From assembly GCA_034439575.1 (NCBI GenBank), contig JAWXAQ010000020.1:27237-91236 (forward strand): 64,000 bases of DNA, read 5' to 3'. Below the pieces are notes generated by a model. The model was not told the origin of the DNA. It ran no database searches and saw only the letters and a list, made by a program, of their open reading frames with translations. The position numbers and the translations under genes are program-made. Every line of letters begins with the position of its first letter. The first letter of the stretch is position 1. The stretch is from Leptospira sp. Lineage in GTDB: Bacteria; Spirochaetota; Leptospiria; Leptospirales; Leptospiraceae. Of this stretch, positions 58,923 through 64,000 are shown in pieces.

Positions 58923-59651
58923 TTATTTGTTTAAGGGAATAAAAGATACGACCATAGCTTTACTGCGTGTATCGCTCGGGAGCTTTGAAATCATTTTTTT
59001 AAGCTGGTCTTTATCTGAAGATTTGCCAATCTGAACCACAAAAAATCCATTTTTGTAAATGATAAAGGGTTTTGATTTAGGTTTCGCTTCATTTACTTTA
59101 GCTAAAAAAGTTTCAGACGATTCGCGAGTTCCAAATGCACCTAATTGAACGGTATAAAGTTTGTCTGAACTCTGAATTTGATTTTTTTTGGAGATTTTTT
59201 TCTCTTTAGTTGTGCTCAAATTTTTAAAAGCCACTTCTTTCCGTTTGGTTGTCTCTTTTTTGGGAAGGGGAATTTGTTTTGTAAGGTCTAGGACTTGAGC
59301 TTTCTTTTCTTCTTCTTCATCTTTTGCGGTTGAAGACTCAGCAAAATTGGGATTTGTGTTTCCTGGCTGAAGATCAGCCATCGGTATTTCCATACCATTT
59401 GATTTAGGAAGAGGTATTGTTTCATCTGCGTTTGTTAGAGATGGATTTGCCTGCGCTAAAGAAATTTGTGAATTGGTTATCACTTCTTCTTGTTTTGTGA
59501 CACTTTGAGTTTGGTTTATAACTTCTGTTCTGCCTTTCCCGACAGATACGCCGAGGAAAAAGAAAGAAAAAAACAGGGCAAATAAGAATAATGACAAAAC
59601 ACCTATACGTTGTTTGTCTAAATTGATAATATAAAAAACTCTTTCTTTCAT
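58923..59651 (-). CDS. SPOR-domain membrane protein
   Basis: N-terminal TM; YTVQLGAF SPOR motif. Confidence 0.85.
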   Translation of the reverse strand: MKERVFYIINLDKQRIGVLSLFLFALFFSFFFLGVSVGKGRTEVINQTQSVTKQEEVITNSQISLAQANPSLTNADETIPLPKSNGMEIPMADLQPGNTNPNFAESSTAKDEEEEKKAQVLDLTKQIPLPKKETTKRKEVAFKNLSTTKEKKISKKNQIQSSDKLYTVQLGAFGTRESSETFLAKVNEAKPKSKPFIIYKNGFFVVQIGKSSDKDQLKKMISKLPSDTRSKAMVVSFIPLNK

Positions 59652-60274
59652 GCTGAAACCTTGACTTGGTTTTTGATACTTTCAAAAACCTGCTTTGTTA
59701 TTTTTTTTAGCTCTTCAATTGAATTATCGTTCGGTATTACAAAATCAGAGAGGGACTTTTTTTTCTCCAAATCAAGCTGGGCCGCCGTTCTTTTTTCAAA
59801 GTCCGCCCTATCCATTCCACCGCGTTTCTCTACGCGTTCCCAAGCTTTTGTAGGATCTATCGTTACGCAAACTTTAGCATCACAGAGCAAGTGAGCGTCT
59901 GTTTCAAAAAGTAGGGGAACTTCCCATGCGATGATGGATCCTTCTTTGGAATTCCGAATTTGTGTTCTGAATTCTTTTCTGACGAGAGGGTGGATGAGTT
60001 CGTTCATCGCCTTTAGTTTGTCAGAACTTGAAAAAGCTAATTCGGCAATTTTGGATTTAATTGGATTTCCATTCACATCAAAGATCGATGGTCCAAAAAT
60101 TTCCAAAAGTTCTGATTTTATAGGTGTGTTTGGGTCTGTATACTGTTTTGCGATCTCGTCTGAACTAATTCTAATGGCACCCAGTTCTTCAAATAAACGT
60201 GTTACTGTTGATTTACCAGATCCAATGTTTCCAGTAATGCCAATTAGATAACGTCTATCCTCTTTGAATGCCAT
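59648..60274 (-). CDS. coaE: Dephospho-CoA kinase
   Basis: GITGNIGSGKS, LIHP, EVPLLFE. Confidence 0.93.
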   Translation of the reverse strand: MAFKEDRRYLIGITGNIGSGKSTVTRLFEELGAIRISSDEIAKQYTDPNTPIKSELLEIFGPSIFDVNGNPIKSKIAELAFSSSDKLKAMNELIHPLVRKEFRTQIRNSKEGSIIAWEVPLLFETDAHLLCDAKVCVTIDPTKAWERVEKRGGMDRADFEKRTAAQLDLEKKKSLSDFVIPNDNSIEELKKITKQVFESIKNQVKVSA

Positions 60275-60404
60275 GCGTTTATATCATTTTCACCGCATCA
60301 AAGTACAAGTATTTTTTTATATCAAAATAGAAAAAAATAGTAAAGTTTTTCTTACAATTTAATCAAAGATTTTTGAATGTTTTAAGATCACAATCAATCT
60401 GCAA

Positions 60405-61328
60405 TTATTTTGAAGGAGTTATGTTCAAACTCCTATACCACTCTTGCCATATTTCAGCAGTTTCGTTCGGCGCTTCGATCATGGGAGCATGTCCCATATC
60501 TGGCAAAATCATGATCTTATGAAGCACTTTTAGTTTTTTATCCATGGGAATAGTACAACTGTTATGAATCACACGGTCTTCTTTTCCCCAAATAACAAGA
60601 GTAGGTGACTTGATCTTTCCAAGTAGGGGATCAAGGGGAAAGGGATTCTTACGAATTTCTGTAAAAATTCCTTCGTTCCAATCCCTATTGGCAATGGCCC
60701 TTTCCGTAAAATAGGTTTTAAGTGGGCCTGGAATGTAGGGAGGTTTTACAAAACTAAATGCCATTAGGCGGTCAAAATCTTCTACAGACCCAACGAGGAG
60801 TGGATTTGGTTTTCCTGCATTGACCAATTTGTAAAGTTCACTTGGTTCTGGTCCTTCAACGCCCGCATTGTCGATGAGGGTCAGAGTTATCACTTCATTT
60901 GGATAGGTTGCGGCATAGACCCCTGCGATACTTCCGCCCATAGAATTTCCAAGAAGGTGGTATTTTGTTATGCCCAATTTTTGTAGGAACAAATGTAGGC
61001 GAATCACTTGGGATTCTATATTATAACTTTCACCCGCAACCCTTGAGTTTTCACCGAAACCAGGTAAATCTGGAGAAATCACATGGAAATCGTTTGTTAA
61101 TTTTCGAAGAAACCTTGTCCAATGGTCCTTGTCACCACCAAATCCATGTATGGTGACAAGAGTCTCTTCCGATTTCCCGCCTTCCAAATAAACCCAATTA
61201 AAGGCATCGATTGAAATTTCTTTTCTGGAAAGATCTGAGCGTGATCTCTCCCACATAAGTCCCGTTTTGTGAATTAAGGAGGAACAGCCAATGGAGAAAA
61301 AAAATAAAAATAACGGTAAGACTCGCAT
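60405..61328 (-). CDS. Alpha/beta hydrolase (lipase/esterase)
   Basis: IHGFGG, PDLPGFG, GNSMGG, WGKED, GHAP; start at MRVLPL. Confidence 0.88.
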   Translation of the reverse strand: MRVLPLFLFFFSIGCSSLIHKTGLMWERSRSDLSRKEISIDAFNWVYLEGGKSEETLVTIHGFGGDKDHWTRFLRKLTNDFHVISPDLPGFGENSRVAGESYNIESQVIRLHLFLQKLGITKYHLLGNSMGGSIAGVYAATYPNEVITLTLIDNAGVEGPEPSELYKLVNAGKPNPLLVGSVEDFDRLMAFSFVKPPYIPGPLKTYFTERAIANRDWNEGIFTEIRKNPFPLDPLLGKIKSPTLVIWGKEDRVIHNSCTIPMDKKLKVLHKIMILPDMGHAPMIEAPNETAEIWQEWYRSLNITPSK

Positions 61329-61418
61329 TAGTCTTTTGTTTAGATAAAAAATGTTAGAATTAAAAAACCAAAGGTTCGTTGACAATGACACCCTCCTTCA
61401 TATTTTGGTCGTAACCAA

Positions 61419-61491
<73 letters not shown>

Positions 61492-61499
61492 AGGTTCAC

Positions 61500-61769
61500 T
61501 TATACTTTTTTCCTTTCTTCGCCCATCGTCCACAACCCCAAAAATTCATTATCCTCTACTTTTTTGCAAAGTTCAGGTTTGTACAATTTTTTCACGGGCG
61601 GTTTTGGATAGATATGAATTTCATCATTATCGGGAATAAAGGTTAACATCCGAAGGATAGTATCCAGCCCTTCGATTTCATACATCGTATAAGACATTCC
61701 TTTTGAGGGAATGATTTGGCTTGTTTCTAAATATTTGATCGCCTTGTCTGCATTTTCATTTTCTGACAT
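61500..61769 (-). CDS. Hypothetical protein
   Basis: 89-aa ORF with normal composition. Confidence 0.6.
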   Translation of the reverse strand: MSENENADKAIKYLETSQIIPSKGMSYTMYEIEGLDTILRMLTFIPDNDEIHIYPKPPVKKLYKPELCKKVEDNEFLGLWTMGEERKKV

Positions 61770-61874
61770 ATAATTGGGTAAAGATTCCTTGTTGTATAGG
61801 AATACATTGTCAGATTTAAAACCAATGGCAATTCAATTACTAAATAAGATTCAGCAAATTTTATATATAAAAAT

Positions 61875-62252
61875 TTAAGGACTTTTTAGTCCTAAAAAGT
61901 TATAATCAGATCGTATAACGAGATGTTGGTGTGCTCTGTTTTGGGATTGTTTTCGATTCATCTCTTGCCGTAAGATATTTTCTTTCAGATGTCGTTCTTG
62001 GAATGTGCCTATCCCATTTTGGACTCTGTAAAATTCGAAAGGATCATCCAAATAATAAGGGTATGCGCCAATGGCTGTGTGGGTTCGTGATAGTACCACC
62101 CCTTCATAAGAAACTGTCTTTTGGGGTAAAAACTCTAAATCCTTGAAATCTTCTTTGCGAGTTTCTACGCTTTTGCATTGTTCCATGCTGAAAATGGATA
62201 GCCAAAGGATTCCCAAACATACTTTGTTTTTGATAAAATTCTTGGAACTCAT
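61875..62252 (-). CDS. Hypothetical protein, possible lipoprotein
   Basis: Hydrophobic N-terminus ending in Cys. Confidence 0.5.
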   Translation of the reverse strand: MSSKNFIKNKVCLGILWLSIFSMEQCKSVETRKEDFKDLEFLPQKTVSYEGVVLSRTHTAIGAYPYYLDDPFEFYRVQNGIGTFQERHLKENILRQEMNRKQSQNRAHQHLVIRSDYNFLGLKSP

Positions 62253-62386
62253 ACTTACACTTTAACAGAGAAATAAAAATAATCTATAAGTGAGCTCCGC
62301 ACTTGCGGATATTACCTATACGAAATTCTGCTTGTAAATATTGAAATACGTTATGATATGCTCGCTTTAGTAAGAGGAGTATAAGA

Positions 62387-62566
62387 ATGGCAGCAAAATT
62401 TGAAGTATATAAAGATAAAAAGGGTGAATTTCGTTTTCGTCTCAAAGCGGGAAACGGGGAAGTGATAGCTTCGAGCGAAGGTTATACTACAAAAAAATCT
62501 TGTTTGAATGGAATTGAATCCATTAAAAAAAATGCAGCGGACGCTTTGATCGAAGAATTAGAATAA
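62387..62566 (+). CDS. YegP/DUF1508-family protein (59 aa)
   Basis: KFEVYKDKKGEFRFRLKAGNGEVIASSEGY..NGIESIKKNA; GAGGAG RBS; too short for the ORF track. Confidence 0.88.
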   Translation: MAAKFEVYKDKKGEFRFRLKAGNGEVIASSEGYTTKKSCLNGIESIKKNAADALIEELE

Positions 62567-62653
62567 TCTCCTTTTATTGCAAGCGATCTGAATAGGATTC
62601 ATCGCTTGCAAATGATTTGCAATGACAAGGATTCTATACATCCTTGGTATAGG

Positions 62654-63361
62654 ATGAGTGGCGTTGAACCTAAAGTTAAATTATTCGAGGCAATCTCACA
62701 AGGCGATCTCGATTTTATCAAAAAAAGGATACAAGAAGGGTCTGATATCAATCAAAAGATTAGTTTACCAGAACATAAAATTTTTGGATGGACCAGCTTA
62801 CATATAGCAGTTAGTGCCGAAAAAAGGGAAGCTCTTAGTTTATTGATTTCATTGGGTGCAAAAGTAGATGCCCAAGAAGACAAAGAAGATCTAACCCCCT
62901 TACATATGGCTGTAGCGAAAAATCAAATTGAAATTGTTCAGTTGCTTGTGAATGCCAAAGCAAATGTCGATATACAACAATTAGATGGAGATACAGCTCT
63001 CATCCTTGCGGCCACAGAAGGTTACCTCCAGATTGTAAAAATTTTATTAGAAGCAAATGCCGACACTCATTTAAAAGATAACTTGGGTTGGACGGCTTTA
63101 ATTTGGGCGGCTACCAATGGTCAAACAGAAGTGATAAAACTGCTTGTTTCCGAAAAATTAAAAGTCCATGAAGGCGAAAATGAATCTGATCGGACAGCGT
63201 TACTGATTGCCGCAAGTGTAGGCAATACGGAAATCGCAAAATTACTCATCCATGAAGGTTATGATTTTGGAATCCCTGGATTTCAGAAAGCATTGATGGC
63301 GGCAGCTACAAATGGACATTTTGAAATTGTAGAGATTCTCAGAAAACATAACTTACGTTAA
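62654..63361 (+). CDS. Ankyrin-repeat protein
   Basis: Repeated TxLHxA/TALxxA..G..EIVxLL units. Confidence 0.9.
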   Translation: MSGVEPKVKLFEAISQGDLDFIKKRIQEGSDINQKISLPEHKIFGWTSLHIAVSAEKREALSLLISLGAKVDAQEDKEDLTPLHMAVAKNQIEIVQLLVNAKANVDIQQLDGDTALILAATEGYLQIVKILLEANADTHLKDNLGWTALIWAATNGQTEVIKLLVSEKLKVHEGENESDRTALLIAASVGNTEIAKLLIHEGYDFGIPGFQKALMAAATNGHFEIVEILRKHNLR

Positions 63362-63874
63362 AATTTTCAATACTCCTTCCAAATTTCCTTCCACCAATTG
63401 GCCACCTGATTTGTTGATTGCCATCTCCATCATCAAATTGATGCTATTGCCAAAGTCTTCATTGACCAAATAACCTTCGTTATCTATTTTATATCCTGAT
63501 TCATGTATTTTTGTAGGTATTTTTTTCTGAACTAGTTTCGGTAAAATATCTTTGGAATCTATAAATCCAAAAATGGTTTTTCCTTTTGCGAATGCATACC
63601 CAATTTCGAAACTCGTTCCATCATCCATAAGAGCTCCGCGAAACGAATTGCAATTAGCGATAACAATTTGGCAATCATCAATCAATCTACAATTGTTTTC
63701 AAAAATGAGTTTTGCCTTTTCTAAACCTTGTTTTTGGATTGGTTCTCCATCAAATGGGGAAAGACCTTCAAATCCATAATCATTACATAATGTTTTGGCA
63801 TTCAAAAAATAAGAAAGTGTATCTGGTAAAAATACTTCAGGTCCTGCTAAATAAATTTTAGTTTTGTTTTTCAA
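63353..63874 (-). CDS. Nucleoside 2-deoxyribosyltransferase family
   Basis: IYLAGPEVF, DDGTSFEIGYAFAKGK, NLM. Confidence 0.88.
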   Translation of the reverse strand: MKNKTKIYLAGPEVFLPDTLSYFLNAKTLCNDYGFEGLSPFDGEPIQKQGLEKAKLIFENNCRLIDDCQIVIANCNSFRGALMDDGTSFEIGYAFAKGKTIFGFIDSKDILPKLVQKKIPTKIHESGYKIDNEGYLVNEDFGNSINLMMEMAINKSGGQLVEGNLEGVLKILT

Positions 63875-64000
63875 CTTTTAAAATTCCTTAATAAAAAAAA
63901 TGGGTGTAAATGAAATTGGTAAACCATTTGCACCAAACATTTGTTTCGAACTTTAAACCCTTGGGATGGTATAAAATTCTTGTTCTAAGAATCCCTTATA

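Noticed and set aside
62577-62611. Long bulged hairpin after the YegP-like gene
   Set aside because: Single copy, most simply an mRNA 3' stability or termination hairpin

Overview
AT-rich bacterial chromosome, most likely a Leptospira (Leptospira-type Cys-rich proteins, lipoproteins, HemR-like regulator). About 1-32 kb and 55-64 kb are mostly ordinary housekeeping and signalling genes (smc, glnA, fbaB, malQ, PBP1A, lysA, coaE; tRNA-Met, -Leu, -Phe). The main feature is an 18.3-kb element (36741-55088) integrated at the 3' end of tRNA-Leu(UAG) and bounded by an exact 22-bp direct repeat. It encodes a tyrosine integrase, a VapE-type NTPase with a DnaA-domain-I-like N-terminus, a transglutaminase-like Cys enzyme next to proteins with repeated [LIMV]xG motifs, candidate capsid proteins, several C-terminally membrane-anchored proteins (one an M15 peptidase), a tail-collar fibre and a lysis cassette with a candidate unimolecular spanin. 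I see no terminase, portal, HK97 capsid, tail tube, tape measure or packaging ATPase. My inference is a candidate tailless, membrane-containing provirus. It also has unexplained cis-elements: an AAGCGAAA motif at start codons, a 29-bp long-range inverted repeat and a possible anti-RBS small RNA. To its left is an AT-rich cargo region ending in an IS1595-family transposase frame that runs into the att site. All family assignments come from motif reading by eye; no database searches were run.
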